Part shown: positions 48,197 to 60,200 of the stretch, in pieces | Position numbering within the stretch: the stretch's first letter is position 1 | Layout of the letters: every line of letters starts with the position of its first letter | Assembly: GCA_043228905.1 (NCBI GenBank) | Contig: JBHGNT010000005.1 | Coordinates: forward strand, 7,626,001-7,690,000 | DNA: 64,000 nucleotides | Reading direction: 5' to 3' | Source: Azolla caroliniana | Lineage: Eukaryota; Plantae; Polypodiophyta | Translations under genes and position numbers: made by a program | Notes under the pieces: model-generated | Told to the model about the DNA's origin: nothing | What the model saw: only the letters and a program-made list of their open reading frames with translations | The model's database searches: none

Positions 48197-49026
48197 ACGC
48201 CGTCAATTAGTAGTGCAATCATTTATGATCACTCACCCATCTCGATAAAAGGCGCGATGCCCGTCTTTGCGAGCTTGCATAACCTTTGGCATACAACTCT
48301 TGTGATGCTCAATTTGCATCTTGGTGAGGTCTTCATCGAGGTAGATAGGGTCCCCACCCAATCCTCGAAGAATTGGTCTCTTCTTAAAGAAAGTGATTCT
48401 AGAGTCTAAGTCTTTAAATTGAAGAACTAAGGCTCTCTTCCTAGTTGTGTCGCGTCCGGCCCTCCAAGCTTTGGTGATAGGTAGGGTCGTTGTGTACCCT
48501 AACATTTTCCCGAGTGTTTGTGCATCCTCGTCCAGGGATGCACCTTCCTTGAGCCCAGTGACACGCACATTTAGGCGTCGGGCCTGACGCATTTTCTCCT
48601 CTTCGAGGGTGGTATTAACAATATTTTCATCCTTTATTTCTTTTTTAATGTGACGCTTCAGAAAACCCTAAAAAATAGAAGCCGAAAAAATCAACAGAGA
48701 TATTGATTAAAGCTACAAAGGGAAAGGAAGAGACATCACAAAGGAACCTGAGAAAACCCTAAGAAAGCAACAATTATAGAGAAACTACAGAAACCCTAAA
48801 AAGAAGAGGATGAGAAGTCATCAGAAATGAGGGAACCTAAGAAATTCCAAAAACGACAACAAATAAAAAAGAAAAACCCTGTGTGGGTGTGTGTCCCTCT
48901 TTTTTCTTTTATCGTAATTAGCTTACCCTACAAGTCACTATGTCTTGGGTTTGAAACCCAATTTTACTCACCTCTCTATTATATACTCCATACATATCTC
49001 TTAATTCACTAGATGCCAATGTGGAA

Positions 49027-49095
49027 TGTAGGGGTTGAACCCATGACCACCTGGTCTCCATTGGGCAACCTTACCAACTGAGCTACATCCATTTG
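49027..49095 (-). mobile_element. tRNA-derived SINE-like head (copy 2)
   Basis: GGATGTAGCTCAGTTGGTAAGG...GGGTTCAACCCCTACATTCC: Pol III A and B boxes and self-complementary ends. Confidence 0.7.
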
Positions 49096-49114
49096 GGTTG
49101 TGCGTCTCTCTCTT

Positions 49115-49776
49115 ATTTTTTTTGGGTGAAAACACACAATTATATTAATAAATGTGTGTAAAAAACACTACTTACAATGGGTGTGACCATGAAGTATGGT
49201 CACCCACTAACTACACTACACTACATGGGTAATGGAACATGTTGAATTGCTAATAGGCAAGACGAACATTCCACCGAGGAAAGGATTTCCACTTGCTCCA
49301 ATAAAGAAAATTGTCACATTAGTACTCCCTTCAACTTTCATAGATATGCTTTCACTCCATGTCTACCATCGAATACAAAAGCGTTGCGCATATTTCAATT
49401 ATGACGCAATCCCCAATATCTCAAAAATAGAAAAACAATCTCCATCTCTGACTTTGGGTCCACCTGTGTAAATTGTGTAAACACCCACTGTCTAGGTGTC
49501 AAATAACACCGTGATAAAACGTGCCAAATTTGAGAAATGTAACTCCAAATTTGAGAAGCAATCGGGCATTGTATAAATCGATGAGTACTATCTTCCATTT
49601 GAACAGTGCAAAAAAATAAAATTACCCGTTGCTAGTCCACGACGCTTTAGAGCTAATCCCAAAGGCAATCCTCCAATCAAAACTCTCCAAATGAAGACCT
49701 TTGCTACAAGTGGCAATTTAGAATGCCAACTACGTTGTAAGATTTGCCACTACCCATGATCAGATTTGTGTAATCT
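49115..49776 (-). mobile_element. L1 3' end (zf-RVT), interrupted by the second Copia
   Basis: KVFIWRVLIGGLPLG..FCTVQMEDSTHRFIQCPIASQIW; short A-tail near 49117. Confidence 0.8.
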
Positions 49777-50094
49777 TGTTGAGATATCAAGCTCAACTAG
49801 TTTAATCTAGTTAGTCAACACATGTAACTTAGTAGTTACCTAGATCGAATCTAGTTAATGTGTTGACCTTAAGCCTTTAAATAGGACCTTGTACTTAAGT
49901 GGGATATTCTAGATCCTCCACTCCTTAGTACATTTAATGTAGGACTTACACATAAGTACCTATGTTCTACCCACACATGTGCACCTTTGCACATGGGTTG
50001 TGTATATACCTCATTGTGGGTATTTTTGTATGTTGATGACACTTTTCAATATAGTCAATCATCCCCCATTTATCTTCATGCTCATAAGTGTAAC

Positions 50095-50150
<56 letters not shown>

Positions 50151-52255
50151 TCTCACACACTCTCACACGCATATCATACTAATCTTCCGCTGCTTAACAT
50201 AACTATATAATTAGTCTCTAATTAACCCTAGTTAATTACCCAATTACTTAACATGGTATCAGAGCGCGTGGTTTAGGAAATCCACTAAGCCCACCGCTTA
50301 TTCGTGATTGTGTGTTCGAGACGCCGACGACAAATCCCGGCTATTCGCTATCCGCTACCGTAGTGCCGCTACGAAGGACATGTACGTGACCAAGAGAAGA
50401 AAAACAAAACGGAAGACACAACAATCAACATGAACACAAATGGGAAGCTCACTCCCTAGCGAAAAGCTAGACTGAAGCAACTATTCATCTTGGGAGTACA
50501 AGATGAATCAATACCTTGTCGGCCAAGGGTATTGGAGCTACATCAACGGCGCACAAGAAAACAAACCCGAAATCACACACGCCAACTACCCAACGTGGGA
50601 GCAAGGCGCGAGTCGGGTAATGTATTGCTTGGCAACATGTGTAAACGACCACATGCTTAGCCACATTCGTGATGCCAAGACGCCCAAAGAGGCGTGGGAA
50701 AATCTCAAGAAGATTTTCGCCACGGACACATCCGTGCGCAAGCTTCAACTCCGGCACGAGTTGAACAACATACGACAAAAAGAAATGTCCGTGACGGACT
50801 ACACCGCCAAGATCAAGAGCATTTGCGACTCGCATGGCTCCATCAATGTCAACATCAACGAAGACGAGATGGTGCAAGTATGCTTGGGCGGCCTCGCACA
50901 AGATTCAACCCGTTGAGAATGGCAATCTTGGCGAGAGATACCCCTCCCTCATTCTTCAACCTCCAATCAATGCTATTGGTCGAAGAAAACCATGTTCCAT
51001 CAAAGACCAACACATCGGAAGGACAAATGCTCTTCTCCGATACGGATGGTTCCCATAGACAAGATCGAAGCGGAAGAGGTCAATTCGACCTATCCCACGA
51101 AGGGAATTCACAATTTCGGCAAGGAAACGGAAGCCAGCCATCGAGGAACCTTCACAAGAAGGGGGAGCTTCCACGCCGAACAAGGTCGGCGAACAATGCC
51201 ACCTCGTGTAACTATTGCGGCAAAATTGGCCATCGCGAAGAGGAGTGCCGAAAAAGGCGACGAGAGTCAGCTTCAACAAGCCGGCAACTCACAAATTACG
51301 CCGCGAATGCGGAATATGCGGACTACGGCGGACTCTTCGTGATGAGGCATAGAGCGAACTCTATGATGGCCTATGATCCCGAAAACTCCGCAAGCACCTC
51401 GAACTCTGAACACGTGTGGTTCGTAGACTCCGGCGCCTCGCACCACATGACGTCGCACCAAGAGTGGTTTCGCGACTTGTGAACGCCGGATCGACCCTGC
51501 TACATAGAGATCGGAGACGACACTCCGCATCCCATTCGGCACATCGGCGATGTCCCATTCGGGAAAGAAGGCGAGCAAACCTGCATCAAGAATGTGTTGC
51601 ATGTGCCCACAATAACAAAGAATTTGGTCTCGGTCGGCCAAATCGTGGAGCAAGGCATGCGAGTCTGCTTCAACAATGAAGGTTGCTTCATCGAGAAAGA
51701 CGACCGACTCATAGCCAAGGGAAGGAGAGACGGTCGCTTGTTCATCCTCGACTCGAACGAGGTAAAATCGGCCACATATGCCAAAGGCCTCAAAACCGAG
51801 ACAAGCATCGAGTTGTGGCACAAAAGAATCGGCCACATTAACCTCCAACGGCTCCGAGCTATGCAAACAAAGGGAGTCGTCATCGGACTTCCAACATTCG
51901 AGTCGAAACGAGTTGACGGAGTATGCGAAGCGTGTCAACTCAGCAAACAACATCGACTCCCATTCCCGAAGGAGAGCTCCACAAGCAAAGGCCTCCTCAA
52001 CGTCATACACTCGGACGTATGGGGACTGGCTCAAACACCGACGCTCGGTGGATGCCGCTACTACGTCACCTTCATCGATGACCACTCGCGCTACGTGTGG
52101 ATATACCCGATGAAGAAGAAGAGTGAAGTGCTCTCCCACTTTCAAAGGCTCAGAAGCCAAGTGGAGAAAGAAACCGGTTGGCACATTCGATGCCTACGAT
52201 CGGACGGAGGAAAGGAGTACTTCTCCGACGAGTTCACCTCCTACCTCCAAGGTGA
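49777..52255 (+). mobile_element. Second Ty1/Copia element, 5' half only (LTR 49777-50253, PBS-Met, degenerate gag-PR-INT)
   Basis: TGTTGAG...TTAACA then TGGTATCAGAGC; CNYCGKIGHREEEC, WFVDSGASHH, LWHKRIGH, HSDVWG, RSDGGKEY; cut at GGTGA|TGTCA. Confidence 0.93.
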
Positions 52256-52409
52256 TGTCAGAACCAAGGATAAAAGATAGAGTGATGGAAGAAGGATATT
52301 AGAGAACACGAGAAGAAAGGAACGAAATACTAAGAGAAGAATGGATGTATAAGATAGAGAAAGAAAGAGAATGGATACAAGATATGTAATGAGAGCTAAA
52401 GACTGCGCA
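52256..52409 (-). repeat. Short LTR-like terminus interrupting the Copia integrase
   Basis: Minus strand TGCGCA...CTGACA preceded by PPT-like GGGGAGGCA; CT-rich; no matching partner in the window. Confidence 0.5.
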
Positions 52410-52629
52410 TGCCTCCCCGTAGGCTCATTCGACCCGTCGATGGGTCCTTCGCCTCGATCTTCATAGTACTCGTACTTCCGTTGGCCCTTGTTTGGTCGTA
52501 TGCACGCTCCGCTCTCCGCCGTATGCCCGATGTCCTCCGCTTGAGGAACGCCCGTAGTGGCCCTCCTAGCCTCTATCGACCATTCACGTGGTCCTGATTG
52601 TCGTCCCGCGTTGTTTCCCACTGCCTTCG

Positions 52630-54620
52630 TCCCCTCGCCGCCACCTTCCTTCTCCTTGGTCTTACGCCGCCACGTCGGCTCGGACTGCCAAGGTCTCTGG
52701 AACGGTGTGGAGGATCCTTCTCCGATCTTCTACACGCTACCTCCGAACCGTGTAGCCCATCTTCACGTTCACCTTTTCGCTTCGACACCTCCGTGTGCCG
52801 CGTTCCGCTTCCTTTGTTCGGCACCGCCTGTGCCGAACACCGTCCCGTAGTCACGCTTCAATCCGGCCCACGATGGCCACTTGCGAGACTCTTGTTCCGT
52901 CCCAGGTGTGCCTTTCCGGCCCGACACACCTCCCCGTGTTTGCCCCTACCGGCTCCTTCCGAAACCGTAACCAGCCGGTAAGGGTTTCGCGCTTCGTCCG
53001 CCCCCGTCTTACCGACTCCCGATTCGCTATCTCGTGTCGCCGGGCCCCGTTCCCAGCCGCCACCATCCTTCTCCCTAGGTCTCACGCCGACTCCCGTTAG
53101 CTGGCCGCCGGAGTCTCCAGATCGCTGTGAGGGTCCCATAGGACCAGACTCCGTTTCTCTGCTTGCCGGAATTCGGGTGTCTTTTGTCGGAGTCCTTCGC
53201 GACTCTCCTCATGTCTTCTGCATAGCCGGGTCCCATTTCCCGCCGCCACCAACGTTCTCTCTCGGTCTCATGTTGCCACGTTGGCTGAACTGCCGGAGTC
53301 TCTGGTTCGGTGTGGGGATCCCGTAGGACCGGACTTCCTTATGCCCACTGACCTTGCCGAAAGATCCGAGATGGTCCGTAGCCGCCTCGTCGGCCTCATA
53401 CCTCCTTGTCGTTCGTCGCTTCTTGTCGTCCGATCACGTTCTCCTGCCGCCATCGTCCATCTCCCTAGGTCTCACGTCGGCTCTCGCTAGCCTGCCGCCG
53501 GAGTCTCCGGATCGGTGTGAGTGTATTCGTGGGACTTCCTCTTTCGCCGTTTTCCGCCCTTGTCCCCTCACTGCCACCGTCAGTATCTTGGTCTTATGTC
53601 GACCGTGTTGCCGATTGTCGAAGTCTCTAGATCCGGTTTGAAGGATCCTCCTTGGGCCTCCGACTTGTCTTCCTGACCCTGTCCCAGGTCGTCCTTCTCC
53701 GCATGCCGAGAGGGCGGTTTGCTCCGCACCCTCTCCCGTGGTACCGACGTACCAATTTCCTTCCTTCCGGATTGGTTATCCGGAAACACGTCCTCCCTAT
53801 TATCGTCCAGGTCTGTTCACATTAGCCGTTCCCGTTTCCCGCCGCCACCATCCTTCTCTCTAGGTCTCACGTTGCCACGTTGGCCGAACTGCCAGAGTCT
53901 CTGGATCGGTGTGGGGATCTCGTAGTATTGGTTGCTTTCATCCTCACTCACCTGTGCTTCTTTTGAATTCTTCGCCCTCCTTCTCGTGTACCTGCCTCCA
54001 TCTCCCATCTCTCCAGGTCTCATGCCAGCGCTCGCTGCCGGCTGCCTGAGTCTCCGGATAAGACGTGGTGTTTCCGTCCCGTAATGATTTGCGGATGCTC
54101 GTTCGGGGTACCGCTCCCCAAGCACATTCGGTGAGAAGCATCTGGACTTCGATCGATCAAGTGCTGCCTGCACTTGATTCTCCAATGTTCGGAGTTTCGG
54201 GCAGTGGTGTCTGAAACCTGCTGGTCTCTCTCCGCAACCTCAATCCCTAGCTTCCCGATTTGCGGCCTTCGCCTGGCCGGCTTGTGTCCTTATGTAAAAG
54301 AGGGCGATTTGTTCCGCACCCTCTTCCGCGTTGGCACTATTGTACCGAACCGAGCCCTACCGATTGGGCTCTATAGCCCGTCCCTGGTCTTTCGCGCCTT
54401 GGGCCGGTTTCGGTCGAGCCATCCACATCTAGATCACACTCCATCCGAATCGAAATGCCGATCTTTCCGTGCCGCCTCCTTCCTTGGTCTCCTCGCAGGC
54501 CGTTTCCCATCCCTCTTTGCTAGCATCGTGTGAGGACTCCTCGTCGGCGCCTTCCTTCTCTCCGGTCTCTTGTCGACACACAAGCTCGACCACCGGAGTC
54601 TCCGGAATCCGCATGGAGGG
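52630..54620 (-). repeat. About 9 dispersed ~80-bp repeats encoding a DPHTxPETPxxxPTWxxETxREGWWR-like motif
   Basis: Copies near 52640, 53058, 53241, 53447, 53571, 53840, 53998, 54471 and 54548 share GCCACC..GGTCTCA..CCGGAGTCTC on the plus strand. Confidence 0.75.
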
Positions 54621-55666
54621 CTCTTCTCCGCTCCTGACCTTGTCCTCGGTCGGCAATTCTCCACAAGTCGAGAGGGCGTCTTGCTCCTCACCCTCTCCCG
54701 TGGTACCGTTGTACTCTCCCTCGGCCTCTGCCATGTTCGCCTCGTCCAGAAGGCCGACTAGCCTTGGGTCTCCGGAATCCGATTGCGTGCCGGATCTTTC
54801 TTCTTCTTCGACCATCACCTTCAGAGCCTCGTATGCTTCCCGGACCAAGGTCTCGACATCAAGCTTCCCCGATTCTGCTCGTCGCGTGCCCACTTCCTGC
54901 TGTGATGAAGCGTCGTCGCGCCTCATCTTCCCCTTTCCTCTCGCGGACTACTCCTCGTCCAACCGCCGGCACACTCGTTCGACTTCCAATCAGTCCTCGG
55001 TAAGGCCATTCGCTCCGTCGTCGTCCTCGAGCTCAATTCCGATGGCCTCCCATTCCACTCGGTCGATCGACCTAACGAACAACAGGACCTTGTCCACCCC
55101 CACCGATCTTTGTTCCCGCTCTAGGAGCCGAGTGAAGCGTCACTCGAACTCCTTGAACGCCTTCATCATGCCCCGCTGGGTCTTTGCCAACGATATCCAT
55201 TGCTCGAAGTCACACCTTCCCCAGCCTTTCGGCCGCCCTCCGTATGCCTTCAGGAGCGCCTCTTCGAAGGCCTCCCACGAACTATGAGTTTCACGGAGCT
55301 CCTTCACTAGCGCATGCATCCGGACAGCTACGACCCGACAAAAGAACTCCAGCCTCAACGCCTCGTCTACGCCACGCACTTCCATTTCCGCGTTGTAGGC
55401 TTCCAAGTAAAGTGGGACCTTGTCCCCATTGAAACGACCGACTCTTTCGACCACTCGCTCAATAGATTGTTGCCCTGCTTCTCGCCTCATCACCACTCGT
55501 GCAGACTCCAACACCACTGCGGCCACCATCTCCACGAGGTCATCATCTTCTAACTCCATCCTCCCTTGCCGCCTTTCACGTCGGGTTCACCAAAGATGTC
55601 GCGAAGTTTCGCGGGTACGTGTTGTTGGGAGATAGGTCCCTCCGGATGGGAAGGGAGAAGAACAAT

Positions 55667-56010
55667 GCCCGGTATGAGGAGTACCCGGCTACGGAGAGCC
55701 GGATGATACAGGCCCGGTCCGGTGTGAACCGGATGAGGAGTACCCGACTACGGAGAGCCGGATGATACAGGCCCGGTGTGAACCGGATGAGGAGTACCCG
55801 GCTACGGAGGGCCGGATGGTGCAGGCCCGGTATGAACCGGATGAGGAGTACCCGGCTACAGAGGGCCGGATGGTGCAGGCCCGGTATGAACCGGATGAGG
55901 AGTACCCGGCTACGGAGAGCCGGATGGTGTAGGCCTGGTATGAACCGGATGAGGAGTACCCGACTACGGAGAGCCGGATGGTACAGACCCGGTGAGAATC
56001 GGATGAAGAG
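55667..56010. repeat. 54-bp minisatellite (~6.5 copies) within the LTR
   Basis: GCCCGGTATGAACCGGATGAGGAGTACCCGGCTACGGAGAGCCGGATGGTGCAG units at ~55712, 55771, 55825, 55879 and 55933, plus partial copies. Confidence 0.95.
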
Positions 56011-56133
56011 ACATACTCGTAAATATGTTTCTGAGAGCCCATCGAGGCTACATTTGTAAATAGCCGAAACGTCATATTAGTATAAATATGACTTAGGGCA
56101 AACTTTTAGTAACTGTTGTTGTCATTTGTTTTT

Positions 56134-56408
56134 TGTTGGTGCAAGAAGAAGAGAGAGCACATAATAGTGTACAGAGAGAGTGAGAGAGAGAAAGAGGTCG
56201 TTGCCTCTGTTGTAACCGCCGCGTGTGGCGAAGATTTGTGAGCACGAGGTCGTTGCCTCAGTGAACTCACTGTTGTACATTCTCACATAGTGACAGTTTA
56301 AAGCCTGTGGGCTGCCGTGGTTTTTCCCTCTTTGGGTTTTCCACGTAAACCTCCTGTGTATCTTCCTCTTCTTTGTGTCGTGTTTATTTCCCGTTTTTCT
56401 GTGTATCA
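56134..56408 (+). mobile_element. Probable solo LTR (Copia-like, 275 bp)
   Basis: TGTTGG...TATCA termini and the plant LTR U5-type motif GTGGTTTTTCCCTC..GGGTTTTCCACGTAAA; TSD poor (TTTTT/TTCTA). Confidence 0.55.
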
Positions 56409-56444
56409 TTCTAAGCTCGGTTGTGGCCGAGCCTTGCGCATAAG

Positions 56445-57276
56445 GAACGTTGGGTTTCCGACACGTGTAGAATTCCAGGTGGGACCACGGGGGTCTTGGA
56501 CTAGGGAGTGATGGAGCATAGGAAGTCGTGCTTCACCATTTCCAAGGCATCCAAGAAGCACACCTGAAGCAACCGAAGGGAGAGAGAGAGAGTGAGAGCA
56601 GGCACGCAACATTGACTCTCACACATGCACACAACACCAACCCAACTCCCGCCCTTATGTACATAAGCAAGAAAGAGACACAAAGACACACACACACACA
56701 CACACACACCAACAGAGACCCAAATATGCACAACCAAATGTATATGTATTTACAAGACAACGAGATTCAACACCGACTTTGAGCCGGACCTAGGTAGCAT
56801 AGGATACAACTGTTGTCCATTGCCAAGCCGCCGGTTGGGGAGCTCTCGGGCTTGTCGCGCCGAGCGGGGTCTTGCACAGAGAACAAGGCAAAAAACAGAA
56901 ACACTAGATGCCAAGGCTCGACACACAGAACGGCGAAGAAGAAGCAGAGGAGAACAAGAAGAAACCCTAAAACCAGAGAAAAGAAAGAGGAAGAGAGAAC
57001 GTTTCTTCCTCTAATGGTATACCCTACTACCAAAAATGGGCAACCCCTTCACCAAGGGCGCTCCCTCCCTTTTATAGAACAAGGAGAGGGATCCGTAGCA
57101 TCGTGGGATAAATCCCTTATTACATGGGATTCTTTTCCCGACTTGATTACTCTTCGGCACCATAAAGGCGCCCTCGTTATTCACACTAAATGTACAAGGG
57201 TGAGTGCACATGCTGCACCCCGCCGATGTAGCCAATATTTCCCGGTTTCCGCCTCTGGCCGAAATTCTTCACGACT
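56445..57276 (-). repeat. LTR of the Trp-primed family, inverted relative to 61049-61763
   Basis: Shared blocks with 61049-61763: GTCGTGAAGAA..AGGCG.AAACCG start, CTATAAAAG.GAGGGAG TATA region, GTCCAAGACCCC.GTGGTCCC near the end. Confidence 0.75.
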
Positions 57277-60200
57277 GCGTTCTTGGTCACAAGCGGCAAC
57301 CTACTCGGGCACATCGTCAGTCAAGAAGGTATTGCCATGGACCCGGATAAAGTACAAGCCATCCTAAACGCCCCCGCACCCTCGAACGCAAAAGGCCTCA
57401 GCCGATTTCTTGGACAAATCATATGGCACAACCGGATGATACGCCACCTGGCCGATTTCGCGACAACACTACACGCGGTGATGCATCGACTCCCCTTTCA
57501 ATGGACTTCAATCGAGGACGAGGCTTACCAAGGATTGAAATTAATGCTCTCACATGCACCAGTTGTACAACCCCCGATATGGTCGGAACATTTTCACGTC
57601 TTCGTGGACACATCAGATATCACCATCGGGAGCACACTTATGCAATGCACGCCCCCAAATTGGTATCAGCCAGTGTATTATGCTAGCTGACGTCTCTCGG
57701 CTGCGGAAAAGAACTATTCAACCACCGAACGGGAGGCCCTCAGTATGATCAACATCATCAGTAAATTTCGGCATTACCTCTTAGGCCGAAAATTCACATT
57801 TCACGTCGATCACTCGGCCCTCCTTTACCTGGTCAATAAACAAGCCCTAACATGTCGACTGGCTCGATGGATGCTCCTATTACAAGAGTTTGATTTTCAT
57901 ATACAACATCGACCCAGAGTCCAACACGTCGTCGCTGACTACCTAAGCCGCCTCGAGTTAGGAGACCCTACCGAGCCCACGTATGACGATTTACCCGATG
58001 CCGGCCTATTTCATCTCACAACGCTGCCAAATGACAAAGAAGATGAATGGATCATGGAGATGACCCATTTCCTTAGCACTGGCTTGCCTCACAACCACAT
58101 GGCCCTCGATGTATGGAAACGACTCGCAGTACGTAGCCACAACTTTTGTCTCGTTTCCGACATCCTCTACCACAAAGGCTCGGACGGAATATGGCATCGG
58201 GCCATTCGACAATTCGAGAAGAAGGCCATCCTCCAAGAGGCCCACCTAGGAATCGCCGGTGCACACTACGCCAGAGAGTCCACGGCAAGGAAAGTATGGC
58301 AGAGTGGGTTATGGTGGCCTACAACTAAAAAGGATGCCCACGAGTTCTACCGACAGTGCAACTTGTGCCAACGGTTGGGATAGCCGATGGAACAAGCTCG
58401 AATGCCACACCAACCCATTCTTCCATTGGAACCATTTCAAAAATGGGGGTTAGATTTTGTGGGACCCTTCAAACCAGTCGCGGCCCGAACTGGTAATAAG
58501 TATATCATCATGGCCACGGACTACTGCATAAAATGGGTCGAGGCAAAGGCTTTACGAGACAACACGGCAGGATCCACGGCCAAATTCGTGTACGAACATC
58601 TCTGGTGCCATTATGGATGCCCAATTGAGCTCGTTAGTGACCAAGGTGGGCACTTTATAAACCATATAATACGCGAGCTTACGAGACACTACACGGTGGT
58701 ACATAAGAAAAGTACACCATACTACCCGCAGGCAAACGGATTGGCAGAATCGACTAACAAAATTCTCCAAACAATCCTGAAGAAGATCGTCAACGGGAAC
58801 CGCACCGATTGGGATGACAAGCTCTAGAGTGCATTATGGGCTTATTGCACTACATTCAAAACAAGCATTCAATCCACCCCCTTTCGGATGGCTTTTGGTC
58901 TCAAAGCCGTTATGCCCATTAAGTTCCAAGTTTCGAGTCTCCGAGTTCAAGTTAAAGCACGACTCCCCGAGGCCCAATCCGAACAATTGAGGTTGGAACA
59001 ACTCCTCGAACTTGGCGAGGACCGAGTAGCGAGCATAACCCAACTTGAACAGCGCCAACGACAACAGAAAGCCTTTGTGGACCGACATCGGAAAGGATTG
59101 GAACAAGAACTGACCATAGGCAAACTGGTCCTCGTTTTCCAGACGCGACTCAGTGCTATACAAGGAAAGTTACGATTTCGATGGACTGGCCCCTTCTAGA
59201 TTATTGACGAGTTTAATGGCACGTTCCAGCTCGGCACCCTCGCCAGGGAAATTGTCAAAAGCTGGGTGAATGGATTCCGACTGCGACCGTACTAGGGAAA
59301 TACCCTAGCCAACCCTTTCGCTGAGTCTCTCGGCACAGACAATGCCACGAAGGAGGCCACGCGTCCCCCTCGGTAAGAACCCACCAACATTCCAAAGTAG
59401 ACATTAGGTAGGATTAGGCATAGTTTTAGCAATTAGTTAGTTCCACCTACACCACCTACCACATCACCCAAATCATGTCATGTTTAGAGGCACACATTAG
59501 TCACTTTCACATTCACTTAAGTATTTAAAGGCACATGCACAACATCCAAGGAAAAGCACTAACTCCCTAGGACACATGGCCATAATATCCTATTATGGCA
59601 TCCACGCCCAAGAATCTCCAGGCTCCTCTTCATGCACAAAACCCTAGGCATTCATTAAAAAACAGTTACCCCAAGCCCACCCCACACACAAACGTTTTCT
59701 TGCACACCCAGCTTTCATCGCTCCCACGCTCTCAACGCCTTCACTCACAAGCCCTCTCTTGTCCTCGTAGCCCCTCTGCCGCACCACAACCATCTCCTTC
59801 CCTCACTCTGTCTCGGCCTTGTTGAATCCTCCTTCCCCAATCTTCCACACAGCAGAACCACGAGTCCATTATGCCTCTTGCAGCTTCACAGGAAACCCGC
59901 TCCTAGCTTCAGGAACGAGGATTGGGTGGTTATTTAAAGGTGATCGATGCCCCTGCACACCCTGATGCCCAAGCGGTCGCACGCCGAATCCACCCGGACA
60001 CAGTCACCAACAATATGATTTGTGCTACCTTGGACCTGAAGCGAGGAGGTGATCATGAGGTCGAGATTCCCCCTTCCATGACCCTGAAGGAATACTTTGC
60101 TGCGTATTCCATATCTGGTAAAGCCTACCGCACCTACGGTGGATCCAACAAGGCATTCGGAGAACTCGCTCGCAACCTGATGGAGTACACGTTCGTGCAT

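Larger units (their letters stand above)
31750..48650 (-). mobile_element. Non-LTR retrotransposon (RTEX/CR1-group-like LINE), 5'-truncated in ORF1 and split by the Copia insertion
   Basis: ORF1 RRLNVRVTGL (48233-48650); APE endonuclease (WNCNG, ETH, GDFNAR, STVDY, ADH); RT (VDFRKAFD, GVKQGCPLSP, LLYADD); C-terminal SSHQLEIENGR..CRLC..EDEYHF..C; (CTTT)n tail at ~31750-31774. Confidence 0.9.
52410..56440 (-). mobile_element. tRNA-Trp-primed Ty3/Gypsy derivative: LTR, PBS, gag and repetitive tail, no pol
   Basis: LTR end CGCGACA at 55597; PBS TGGTGAACCCGACGTGAA at 55575-55592; gag 55559 (RFNGDKVPLYLEAYNAEM) is homologous to the 61807 gag; no RT/INT motifs seen; upstream LTR boundary approximate. 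Confidence 0.75.

Noticed and set aside
49021-49095. Functional tRNA gene
   Set aside because: No convincing anticodon stem-loop; better explained as a SINE-like head
48650-49095. tRNA-like head as the LINE's own promoter
   Set aside because: The LINE is truncated within ORF1 at ~48650, and the intervening DNA resembles the opposite flank of the LINE
54469-55287. Long Ser-rich plus-strand ORF and similar antisense ORFs across the GC-rich retroelements
   Set aside because: Antisense shadows of Glu/Arg-rich gag or pol coding sequence
55667-56010. CRISPR-like array
   Set aside because: Units are contiguous with no unique spacers; eukaryotic LTR context; no cas genes
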